DNA of 63,973 nt, filler included, from Klebsormidium nitens (taxonomy: Eukaryota > Plantae > Klebsormidiophyceae), in the NCBI GenBank assembly GCA_000708835.1. It is 7 parts of 7 records of this genome, joined end to end, with 100 filler letters (N's around TTAATTAATTAA, not from the genome) between each part and the next. Parts side by side here need not be neighbours in the genome. Positions count along the whole stretch, not along the records: positions 1 to 29,944 come from DF237535.1; positions 30,045 to 39,632 come from DF238192.1; 5 more parts are not named here. One strand, 5' to 3'. The position numbers and the translations under genes were made by a program. A model generated the notes under the pieces. The model saw only the letters and a program-made list of their open reading frames with translations. It was not told the origin of the DNA and searched no databases. This document shows, piece by piece, positions 22,233 to 31,901 of this stretch (the first letter of the stretch is position 1; each line of letters opens with the position of its first letter).

Positions 22233-23576
22233 ATGGCTCTGTCGCAAACTACTTTCAATAAGATCGTAAAGAGTTACGTCCCGCAGAATACGCACGTTGC
22301 GAATGGATTCTATCAGGTGCTCAGGAATCGCTTGGACGACCGCATATCGAGGACTTTGGAAGGAGCAAAGACCCTCGCTATCTATGCACATGAGGCAAAG
22401 AATGAGTCATTCACTCCTACCGACGCGTCTATGGTCGACTATCTGGCCGGAATCCAGACGCGCGAAGATCTACAACTGCGTCCCATGCACGATCCAGCCT
22501 ACAACAACTTCTTCGATCGCATTCGTCGTCGGCGAGCGAAAGCCGTTCCCAAACAGGTCCCAGCCGAGGATGCCGGGATGAAGCTCGTACCGGACGTCGA
22601 TTGGGGAGGTGGAGGTGGAGGTGGAGGTGGGGACTCCGACGGTTGGGGTGGGGGCGGTGACAATTACAATAATCACCACAATCCTGCAAAGACCGTGTCG
22701 AAAGGCGCCGGTCATGCAAAGAGCGGCTCGAGGCAGAGCACAAAGAGCGTGTCGAAAGGCGCCGGTCATGCAAAGAGCGCCTCGAGGGAGAGCACAAAGA
22801 GCGTGTCGAAAGGAGCCGGTCTTGCAAAGAGTGGATCGAGGCAGAGTGCAAAGAGCGTGTCGAAAGGCGCCAGTCATGCAAAGAGCGGCTCGAGGGAGAG
22901 CACAAAGAGCGCTTCAAAAGGAGCCGGTCTTTCAAAAGGCGCCAGTCATGCAAGGAGTGGCTCCAGAGATATCGCTACTAAACGCGCGGTCAAGAGCGTC
23001 GTCGAGATCCAGGAGCCTAGGACGCCGATCCAACGCGCACGCAAGACGGTCGTCGGCGCGATTGCGCCTGAGACTCCTCGACGCCAGACACCGGCCAGAA
23101 AGAGAACGCAGCCGGTGTGGGCCCGCGACTACGTCGATAATGGGACGATAGATCTTCGGAGGATCAAGCGGGATTTCGTGAGAGTCAGCGTACCGGAAAC
23201 TTACAACAACCTGTTCCACGCCGTCCGTATAGCTACCGGTGAACAGAAGACGGTCCAAAAACTTCGCGACCAGTGTGCGTTGCTGGCTAGCCGAGAGAAC
23301 ACATTCGAGCCCATATACTTGCAGCATATGTCAGAAGATGATCTGAAGGAACACGTCGCATCGCTGAAGAAGAGAGAGAAGGGTGGGGAGTTGGAGTTAC
23401 GGGTGTTGGCGTTCATCACTAAATTCACGTTGTTCGTCAAGGAGGGTCATGTGCTCAAAAAGTACATCCCGGAGATCTTCCCTGATATGGCCGGTCCCAG
23501 CCAGCAGAATTACCCTCAAGCGGTTCTGGAAGTCAAGAGATATTACGACGTGTTGCGACCAAAGACGAATGCTTGA
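22233..23576 (+). CDS. Histone H3-like fold - Gly linker - basic 18-aa repeats - inactive OTU-fold fusion protein (447 aa)
   Basis: H3 core similarity: TTFNKIVKSY ~ LPFQRLVREI; LEGAKTLAIYA ~ FEDTNLCAIHA; SFTPTDASMVDYLAG ~ TIMPKDIQLARRIRG. C-terminal ~130 aa follow the OTU pattern VPETYNNLFHAV...KLRDQC...GGELELRVLA...RYYDVL, with catalytic Cys replaced by Asn and His by Tyr. Confidence 0.8.
   Translation: MALSQTTFNKIVKSYVPQNTHVANGFYQVLRNRLDDRISRTLEGAKTLAIYAHEAKNESFTPTDASMVDYLAGIQTREDLQLRPMHDPAYNNFFDRIRRRRAKAVPKQVPAEDAGMKLVPDVDWGGGGGGGGGDSDGWGGGGDNYNNHHNPAKTVSKGAGHAKSGSRQSTKSVSKGAGHAKSASRESTKSVSKGAGLAKSGSRQSAKSVSKGASHAKSGSRESTKSASKGAGLSKGASHARSGSRDIATKRAVKSVVEIQEPRTPIQRARKTVVGAIAPETPRRQTPARKRTQPVWARDYVDNGTIDLRRIKRDFVRVSVPETYNNLFHAVRIATGEQKTVQKLRDQCALLASRENTFEPIYLQHMSEDDLKEHVASLKKREKGGELELRVLAFITKFTLFVKEGHVLKKYIPEIFPDMAGPSQQNYPQAVLEVKRYYDVLRPKTNA
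22689..22967 (+). repeat. 54-bp (18-aa) coding tandem repeat, 4 full plus 2 partial copies
   Basis: KTVSKGAGHAKSGSRQST / KSVSKGAGHAKSASREST / KSVSKGAGLAKSGSRQSA / KSVSKGASHAKSGSREST / KSASKGAGL / SKGASHARSGSR. Confidence 0.95.
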
Positions 23577-23787
23577 GTCGGTTCCATGGCTGAGCACTCA
23601 TTCGCGTCCACAAGCGTATCATGTTCGTCTTTCTGAGATGCCAGTACGACATGGAGCATCAGAATGCTATGGAGAATATCAGGTGGGGATGGTATTCGGC
23701 ACGGAGGACGATTCACATCATCTGGGAGTACATCAATCATTTTAGAGCTTGAGCTCGTGTCCCTTCCACTAACTACCCTTCTGCTTG

Positions 23788-24954
23788 CTAAATCTCGAGA
23801 CGCTTGAGTCTCTTAAGCCTGCTCAGCTGCGAGGAAAGACATTCTTTCCACGAGCTGTCAACATCGTTGTCGACATTGTTCGACAGATCTAGGCGGGTGA
23901 GCCGAGTAAGCGTGCTGATTGCTGGGGCTAAAACTGTCATGCCTGTCTCTCCTATCTCATTCTCACTCAGGTTCAAATCAAAAAGCCTCGTAAGAGTGCT
24001 CAACGATGGTACGAGAGCTGTGATACCCGCGCTCCCGATCCCGTTGACTGCCAGGCCCAAACAAGTGAGCCCCTTCAACGTACCAAGTACCGGTCCTATG
24101 ATGGTCATGCCCGCCTCCAGTAGTTCGTTATCGTCTAGGTACAGAGTGGAGAGCCTGGTCAGTCTGGTCAAGGTTGGCACCAGAGCGGCTGCGCCCCTAA
24201 TACCAATCTTATTACCGGTTAAGTCAAGGTGTGTTAGCTTAGCTAGCATGTTGAATGAAGGGGCCAGAGCTACCATGCCTGTCCCGTGTATTCTATTGTA
24301 ACCCAGACACATAGTGGAGAGCCCGGTCATCCTGCTTAAGGCTGAGTGGAGAGCCGCTGCCCCAAAACTTCCGATTTTGTTGAACGACATGTCTAAAGTT
24401 TCGAGCCTCGTTAATCTCCTCATCTCCAGTGCAAGTGCGGCAGCTACCTCATAACCAATACCATTGCTGCCTAAGCCCAGCTCTCTAAGGTTCGTGAGTT
24501 TTCCCAGCTCTTGCGCCAGGGCCTTGGCGCTACTGTCACGGAGCGTGTTGCACCCCAATCGGAGACGATTGAGCCCCGTCAACTTCCCCAACTGCGGCCC
24601 TAGAGCGGCAGCGCCCGCACGTTCGATCTTGCCGTATGGAGAAACGACCCTTTCGATGGAGTGGAATGGAAGCTCCAAGGTTGTCAGACGAGTCATACTT
24701 CCCAACCCAGAGCTCAGGACTGCAACGCCCTCCTCGTCGACCCTCGCACCTCTCAGCCTCATAAAGGTGAGATCCTGGTAAGAGCATACGCATCTGAGGA
24801 GCTCATGCCCCAGATCTCCACCCACTGTCAGATCAAGCCTTTCCACGTATCCCTCTGCTCCAGATAGGTACTGGCGTAGAGCTCTTCCATCTACCTGCTG
24901 AAGCATGTTTGCAGACATTTTCGCGGCACTTATACCTGCACATTGCAATAACAT
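23788..24954 (-). CDS. Ribonuclease-inhibitor-like (28-residue) leucine-rich-repeat protein, intronless (388 aa)
   Basis: About ten repeats of LxxLxxLxLxxNxIGxxGxxAL, e.g. LTNLRELGLGSNGIGYEVAAAL and LTRLETLDMSFNKIGSFGAAAL. Confidence 0.92.
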   Translation of the reverse strand: MLLQCAGISAAKMSANMLQQVDGRALRQYLSGAEGYVERLDLTVGGDLGHELLRCVCSYQDLTFMRLRGARVDEEGVAVLSSGLGSMTRLTTLELPFHSIERVVSPYGKIERAGAAALGPQLGKLTGLNRLRLGCNTLRDSSAKALAQELGKLTNLRELGLGSNGIGYEVAAALALEMRRLTRLETLDMSFNKIGSFGAAALHSALSRMTGLSTMCLGYNRIHGTGMVALAPSFNMLAKLTHLDLTGNKIGIRGAAALVPTLTRLTRLSTLYLDDNELLEAGMTIIGPVLGTLKGLTCLGLAVNGIGSAGITALVPSLSTLTRLFDLNLSENEIGETGMTVLAPAISTLTRLTRLDLSNNVDNDVDSSWKECLSSQLSRLKRLKRLEI

Positions 24955-25422
24955 GCTACTTTAGCCTTAAAGCAGGGCATGTGACTCTGAGCATGGTCTT
25001 GGCCCACATGCTCGGTTCCAGCATCTCACGCAACATGGATATATGACACATTCCAGTCACGCTCGGTTTGATTCTGACATTGATTCAAAGATGACCGTGA
25101 CAATGTTGAAACTGGCGGACGGATGTCAACAACTTCTGAAAAGTTTCCATCCTACACACCGCTACATGCAGCTATTTCCTATCCCTGTCAAATCCGTTGT
25201 CTTGGCTAGATCTCCTATGGCTTCTCTTAGGTTGTTTGGCATCTCTCTCAACTGCTTGACTTCCGCTTTTGATGCCTGTAATGCGTAAGATAAAGCTCCT
25301 ACTAATGGAGAAATATGAGAAATCATCATAGACATAACAATCCTTCCTTCCTTTTTTTTGTCTCTGCATGTGACATCAGAGTCTCGTGACGTTTGCATGA
25401 GAGCAGCAGGATCCTTGTTCGA

Positions 25423-28400
25423 TTAGACTACATCCCCCCCGCAGCACCGGAAGCACCTTTTCCAGGAAGACCCAGACGTCCCGGAAGAGTTGTTGGCAGC
25501 GGGCTCCCCGTCATCCTTCTCTGGGCCAGGTTCGCCAGGGAACCCCCTCGGGGCAGCATGAACCGGCAATCGCTTTTCCACACACTTCTGGCAGATCCAC
25601 ACCGTGGCCGGGCTCCCCTGCACGGCGTTAGGCGCGGTAGGCGCGCTGCTTGCTGAGGGCCCGCTGTCGGGGACTGCGCACGCGTGCGCCTCGTACAGGG
25701 TGAGGAGTTTGGTCCAGCCCTTGTCTTTGTCGTTCTCCTGGAGGAACTGCAGCAGCTCAGCGGCCTCGAGGCCCTCCTTGCTGACGTGGTGCAGGTCGCG
25801 GGATGCGCCCTCAGCGGCCGTTGGGAGCGCAGTGTTGGGCTGAGGGGGCAACGGAGAGGAAGGCGGGTGAGTTCACAGTCGCCTGCTCAGAATCAATGGG
25901 AAACGAGACTTTGGGCGACAAGTCATGTCTTGGGTCGCCCTCGCCCATGTGAGCACCAAGGGTAGACGTCACTTTCGTCTGCAAGCAACACGTGAAGCTG
26001 GCGATTCCTAGCAGGATCCGAGCCAGCGAAGAGGAGCTGGACAGTCGTTTGAAGCGGTTCACGAGGAAGCGATGGGCATGAAATGCCATTAAGGTTCGCG
26101 TCTTGCCGAAGGATCCTGACGAGTCAACTGCAACAAACATTGCGTGAACTAAAGGCTGCATGCTTGACGTGGATCCCATGTTTCAAAAATCCACCCTGCA
26201 GATTCGGAAGGGATTTTCCAGCGGCGAAATATGTGCAAGGAGACAGCATCGTATGTACACTCCAAGATGCTTGGGGGAGGGCTCGGCTGCGGCCTGACCC
26301 CTAAGCCCTTCTTTCCTGCAGCAACGAGGCAGTTTCGAACTGCGTCACAGTCCGCATCCTCGCATCCAAAGAATCAATTCCAATACTCGGGGGTCCGGAG
26401 TCTGCGCACTTGAAAATCGAGACAAGACACCAAAGAAAGTGATCTGCAGGGCGCTCGAATACCATACCTGGCGAAATACGGGACGAAGCAGTACGTAAAA
26501 GTACGATAGATCGGGGTCCGATTTGAATTTAGGGTACCCAAAGGGTCACAGGACGCTAAGCTCGGTGGATCGTCAGAGATCTTGACAACGACGGAAGTGT
26601 ACATTATTAACGGGGAAAGAAGGGTTGCAGCGGACTGGTCACCTGCTGCAACGGGGCTTTCAAGGCCTCTATAGCCTTGACCAGGCCGTCGGCCACCTTG
26701 TCCAGTCCTGCCATGGGCGCGCACAGGCTGCCCAGCTTGCCCAGGAGCAGCAGCACGCCCAGGCCAGCTGCCAACCTCTCGGCCCACTTGGACATCTGGA
26801 TCTTGTACCCGCTTCCCTGCACGAGAGGCGCAGAGGCATGGTGAACGATTCTGGTACACGGAGACGGTTGTAATGAAGCAGAGCCGCATGTAAGAGATCG
26901 TTGTCAGGAGCGAAACGAAATCGTAGTTTCAAGCTGATGAAGAAAGCTAGATTGACAAAGCCGGGACCTCGTTGTACGAGTGCTTCACGGGCGCCCACGT
27001 CAAGGTTGAAAGCATCCGGCTGGGAAATGGAATTTGCAGTACGATCCAAATCCGTGTACTGTTGCGCGGCAATGGAGAAGCCGTGGGCGCCGGTCACCTG
27101 AAGGGCGAAGCATTCCTCGCAGCAGAGGTACAGCGTCGCATCATGGCGAAACAGCTTCTGGACGAAACCGTTGTACACAACGGAGAAGGCCAGGCGCGCC
27201 TGATCTTCTGCCGAGGAGGTGCCCTTCACGACCTTGACCGCGGCCTTCCCAACTTCTTCAGAGATATTCTCCATAATGGACCGTGCCGTGGCGCTGGTGT
27301 CGCCATGGCGTTGAATCACAAACACGCGGGGGGCTCTATTCCGTTCCACCTCGACAATAAGCCTCCCAAGGGCATGCTGCGCTTTTTCGATGAGCTCCGG
27401 AAAGACCTTCTGGGCCCTCTCGATCCGCTGCAGTCCCGCTTTCACCTCCAACTTGAAGATGGTATTCTTCAATTCACCAGAGGCCGATTTCAAATCAGCA
27501 ACCGCCGGGGCAATCTTCAAATAGGGGACGAATTCAAGGTTCACTCCTGGCGCTCCGCACGAGGCCTCCAGGTCGCCGGCTGAGAACCCCCCACTCATCA
27601 CCTGCTTGAGGACCTCGGGGGTCATGGGAAGGAAGTGGTTGGGGTAGTGGTTCGGGCAAGCAGCGGAATATTGCAGCCTCTGGTACCCGCGGAAGTCGAC
27701 CATGTGCGCGTTATAGACAGAGGTGATGACGGGAGACAGACGCTCCCACAGTAGTCTGTTCGTGTCGTCTCCTACCCCCGTGGGTGCGTTCGCCTTTGCG
27801 AGGATGTCAAAGTCGACCCCGCCGTCGCGGCGCGTCCGGGACTCCACCAGCAGTGACCCGCCATCCGACAATAGCATCAGCGCCCCCCGCCGCCACCGCT
27901 GCTGGTGAGGGTACGCGGTGCACACCCCGGACCGCACCAACACGGTCTCGAAGAAGCCCGCCGGCAGGCGACCCGTGCTCATGAGCCGCCACCCTCGGAA
28001 GACAGTGCCCCCTGACTCAGAACTCCAGGACTCAACATCCGGCGGCCGCCCCTCTGTCCACAGCCCTGGGAGGAAGTACTCTCCCTGGATCGAGTACGCC
28101 AGCTCGAAGTGCTCCAGGATCTGGAGCAGGCGCGGGACATCGATTTCCCGGTTCCTCTCGCGCAGCTTGGGCAGCTCGGGGATGAGCTCCTTGTGCAGGA
28201 GGCCACGCTTGGTGAGGTCCTTGACCTTCTCCATCAAATGCGGCTTCCAGAGCGTCTTGTCATCCAGCGTGTGGCTGAAGATGCTCCCAAGCACCAGAGC
28301 CAACCACGATGGCTGCAGGAAAACGACCTCCTTCAGTTCCCGGACCTCTGAGAACCACAACACGTAGCCCAACGCGCTCCAATAGCTCAGGGCCTCTTCG

Positions 28401-29944
28401 AACTCCGTGACGCTCTGAAAACCTAGCTCGGCGGCTTCGACCCGCTCCCAGACCCGATCCTTACGAGCCTCCAACAGTGCTCCTGACTCCAGCACCGGTT
28501 CTTGCCCCTCGCCCTTCACGCCCTTATTGGCCTTGCCATCCAAGGACCGCTGGAACTCTGCAATCTTCTCGAACAGGCCGACCCACGACCGCGGGAGCAC
28601 CCGCTCAAAACGGCTGCGGTTGCCCCTCACGAGCTTGACCAGCGCTTGTTGCAGGGCGGCAACGGCGTGATACTCGGTCGAGGAGACGCAAAAGTACTGG
28701 CTCAGCAGCTCCGGTGGCTGCTGCACATAGCCGAGGTCGTCATACTCCTCGCTCTCCACAACAAGGTCAGCGTCACGCTTCAGGGAGGTCAAGAGGGAAT
28801 CATGCAGCGCCGCCAGGGTCTGATCTGCTTCTCCCACAGCTTTGTCGCGCTTTGTCCCCACCAGGATGAACGTCGCTCCCGGCGCAACAGCTTGGATCGA
28901 GTCCAGCCGATCCTGCATAGGAGTATAAAGCTGAAAGTCTTGGAAAGAAATAGTTTCATTGCTCCTTGATTTATGTTTCCTTCTAAGCAACCTGCCACAT
29001 TCGGTCAGACAGAGAAGCCTAGGACTTTAGACTAGGATCTGCAATGTTGAGAAGCGGCCGTATCTAAGTTTTAGCCCTGTTCCCGCCCTGTCTAATCTGG
29101 CGCGCTGCTCGATAGCAGCTGTATATGACTCTGAGTTTCAAAAGTTTACGTGATGAATTAGGAGGCACCACAAAAAGGGCCCAAAAGACACAGGAAGGAC
29201 AATTATCCGAGTATCTTCAAGCTGATTCACATGATCGAATTGTAGCTCAACCTTGAAATTGCTTCTAGTCATGCGCAGGGGTCAACCTCACTGTAAAGGA
29301 GACCGTTCACCACCTTTAGAGCGAAGTTGCTTAGGAAAACAAGAGCTAGGTTCGAAGGACTCGTATTCTAGGACGGGCTGAGAGATGCGGAAAGGGACGT
29401 TGACATCACGAACGTATCAGACGCATGCACAGTGCGTCTGTTTTTTCGACTAGTCATGACTTCACCTTCAAAATGCCAACGTCAATTTCCGCACTAAGGT
29501 CCACCACCAGGATGTAGAGGCACTGGTCCACGGTGAAGAAGAGGCGCTGCATCATCCCGTACTGCTCCTGGCCAGCGCAGTCAAATACCCGGAAGGTCAG
29601 CGGGACATCGCCTCCGCCCACGTCCACTGGCCACTCCAGAAACCCAACGTCAATGCCGACGGTGGTTTCAGTGCTGCCTTCCGCCACACGTTCTCCGCTC
29701 CGCAGGGCCGCAAACAAGCTCGACTTGCCCACCCCGCCAGGTCCGATAAACATGAGCTTAGCAATGGCCCTCTTGCCAGATCCCTTTGCTAGTTGCCGCA
29801 AAAAACTGAGAACTTCGGCAGTCCCCTTTTCCACTATTTCTGATGGGGGGACCTCCAGTCGGTTGCCCATCAGTCCCAATGTTCGCAAAGCAGGAAATGA
29901 CACAAGCTCTCCAGGAACGTTCACAATCTCGTTGTAGTCCAGTT
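25423..29944 (-). CDS. Roco protein (LRR-ROC-COR, TORNADO1-like C-terminus), spliced, 5'-truncated by gap
   Basis: Exons >29944-29466, 28912-27098, 26816-26643, 25839-25423 with in-phase GT-AG junctions. Last LRR, then P-loop GPGGVGKSS, TVGID, FDCAGQ, LVGTKRD; COR region WSALGYVLWF...FLQPSWL; C-terminal GYKIQMSKWAERLA and WICQKC. An extra exon in 25840-26642 cannot be excluded. Confidence 0.88.
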
Positions 29945-30044
29945 NNNNNNNNNNNNNNNNNNNNNNNNNNNNNNNNNNNNNNNNNNNNTTAATTAATTAA
30001 NNNNNNNNNNNNNNNNNNNNNNNNNNNNNNNNNNNNNNNNNNNN
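29945..30044. other. Artificial contig spacer (44 N + TTAATTAATTAA + 44 N)
   Basis: The same six-frame-stop linker occurs at 29989, 39677, 44194, 52854, 55807 and 62035, each flanked by 44 N. Confidence 0.97.
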
Positions 30045-30330
30045 TCTGCTTCAGGAGCAGCATCAAGACTCTGCAAGGACTTTGTGTGCCTCTGCTGCAC
30101 AGGAAAAAGCTGTCACAGCATTCTGCAGAACTGTTGTGAATTGAGACTCTCCCGAGCTAGGTTCTTACAGTAATCATGTTTTTGAGCAGATAACAGCAAT
30201 TCAGAAGGCACGTCAGTCAGCGACCGATCTCCTGTCTTTCTTTTCTCCTCGTGAACGGAAAGAGGGGCTCTGGTTCAACGATTATTATCAATGATTGAAA
30301 GAGCCGTAGTCATTTCTCTGCAGCAGCCCG

Positions 30331-31144
30331 ATGAAAAGGGGTCTACTGTTGACACGGGAGCAGGCAGAAAGGGCGGTGGTCGACTACCGCACGAGTCAGG
30401 AGGTTCAACCGGCCATGTTGGAGGAGCTGCGCAAGAGGGTAGCGGCTTTCAGCGAGCGGGGTTCGGTCAAAGTAATCTTCGTGGACCCGTACCTGAAAAG
30501 CCATGAACTGGTGGACGCCAGAGTTTCTCTGGACTCTGAAAGCGGGGAGGGGGAGACGATCCTCACCATCAACAAGGCCTGGGTGGAGGAAACCCTGAAC
30601 ACAAGGTTGGCCAGCCGGACGTTCGGTCGGGAAATTGAGTGGGCGCAGGTGATGGTAGTCAGGTCGGAAGCGGGCCGGCCAGGGATGCTCGCCTACGTGT
30701 GGGAAAGCACATCCGTTCGAAGGGGAAGAGCTGGAGGCGCCTGGGTGGCAGTGCAAGTGGCCCCCCGACTTCACCACCCCCACTTTCAGAGGGAAGGGTA
30801 TTCTTGCAAAGTTCCAAACTGGATTCTGCGGGGCTGAGTACGTGGCCACAGTCGGCAACATTAACACACCAGAGACGTGCACGTTTTTCGGCAGGTCGAA
30901 AGCGGGGAAGAAGGTGGACGAGGAGTCGGAAGAGCCGTTTCCTGATTCCGTGGAAGGGGTCGCAGACTTCGTCGAACAGCGAAGGAGCGTGCCTGTGCGG
31001 TGCGCTGTGTGCGGGAAGAAGTCAACGTCGGACGAGGCTTTGGAGCGGTGCAGCGTGTGCCGCGCAGTATGCTACTGTTCAAAGGAGCATCAAAAAAGTG
31101 ACTGGAAGGAGCACAAGAAGGTCTGCAAGAAGGCGACTGATTAG
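30331..31144 (+). pseudogene. MYND zinc-finger protein gene with one frameshift (or a sequencing error)
   Basis: The 30331 frame reads to ...AYVWEST; the +1 frame continues PFEGEELEAPGWQCKW...CAVCGK...RCSVCRAVCYCSKEHQKSDWKEHKKVC (MYND). Shift at ~30705-30712 with no usable intron. Confidence 0.7.
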
Positions 31145-31901
31145 GATAGAGTTCTAAGCGAGCAGCCTTGTGTACAGATGGGTATGGAAGACAAGTCTGC
31201 AAATAGGAGCGGTCAGACTGTCTTGGTGCGTGTGGTGTAAAGCGAGAATGGGCAGAAGACGTACTCGTTGGTGTGATAGGGTCGACGACCTTAATCGAAT
31301 CTTGGTGTGTAAATGAGCATCGGGTATTTAAACAGTAGTTGGTTTTTTCACGAGTAGTTTCCACGTCGCGGATTGCAGTGCGACTCCCAGAGTAGGTCAT
31401 GTGCTGGCAGGGAAGCTTGGACCATCAAGCCCGTAACTTGGTTCCTTATCGTTCTTTGACAGCCCACCTAATAGCATAACAACACTCTATGACTCAGCTT
31501 GGACCGATTGAAACTGACGGTAGAGAAGGGGCAAATGTTGCTTCCTCAACAAGTCTAGCAAATTTAGTGTCTCTGTTCTAGAAACTGGGGCTGGGGCTTG
31601 ATCCACGTCAGGCTCAGTCTGCCTTATCGATGGTGTGTCATGCTTCCCACCTCTCTCAGTATCTAATGCATGCTCCACAGAATCTGATGCAGGCTCCACA
31701 TTATAATAAGATCGGGCACCATTGGCGGTGTACTTTAATTCTTTCAAATTCACAGTATGATGACACGCGGTCGCTGATCAACGATGTCGAGACATATGTA
31801 GCTTACTAGGTCTGTCTAATAGATCTCCTACCAAACAGTGCTGAAGCTCAGACTAATCTTAGGCCCACGCACTCTGTCTCCCTCATCGGGCTACCAGCCT
31901 A

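Larger units (their letters stand above)
18364..23576. mobile_element. Endogenous large-DNA-virus fragment (PolB, OTU, histone-fold genes)
   Basis: Dense, intact, GC-richer ORFs replace the ORF-free decayed DNA abruptly at ~18390. Gene content is a viral-type PolB, an OTU protease with a viral-type Cys/His finger, and H3/H4-like folds. No capsid gene or terminal repeats seen. The right boundary may extend over the LRR gene to ~24954. Confidence 0.8.

Noticed and set aside
22429-23151. Long antisense and alternative-frame ORFs over the 54-bp repeats
   Set aside because: Shadow frames of a stop-poor coding repeat, with no independent evidence.
26669-27097. C-terminal ~140 aa of the 773-aa ORF, and its first 26 aa (28913-28990), as coding
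   Set aside because: Splice signals (CAG|GTGACC at 27098; TGCAG|GAT at 28912) and continuity with GSGYKIQ indicate these are intron read-through.
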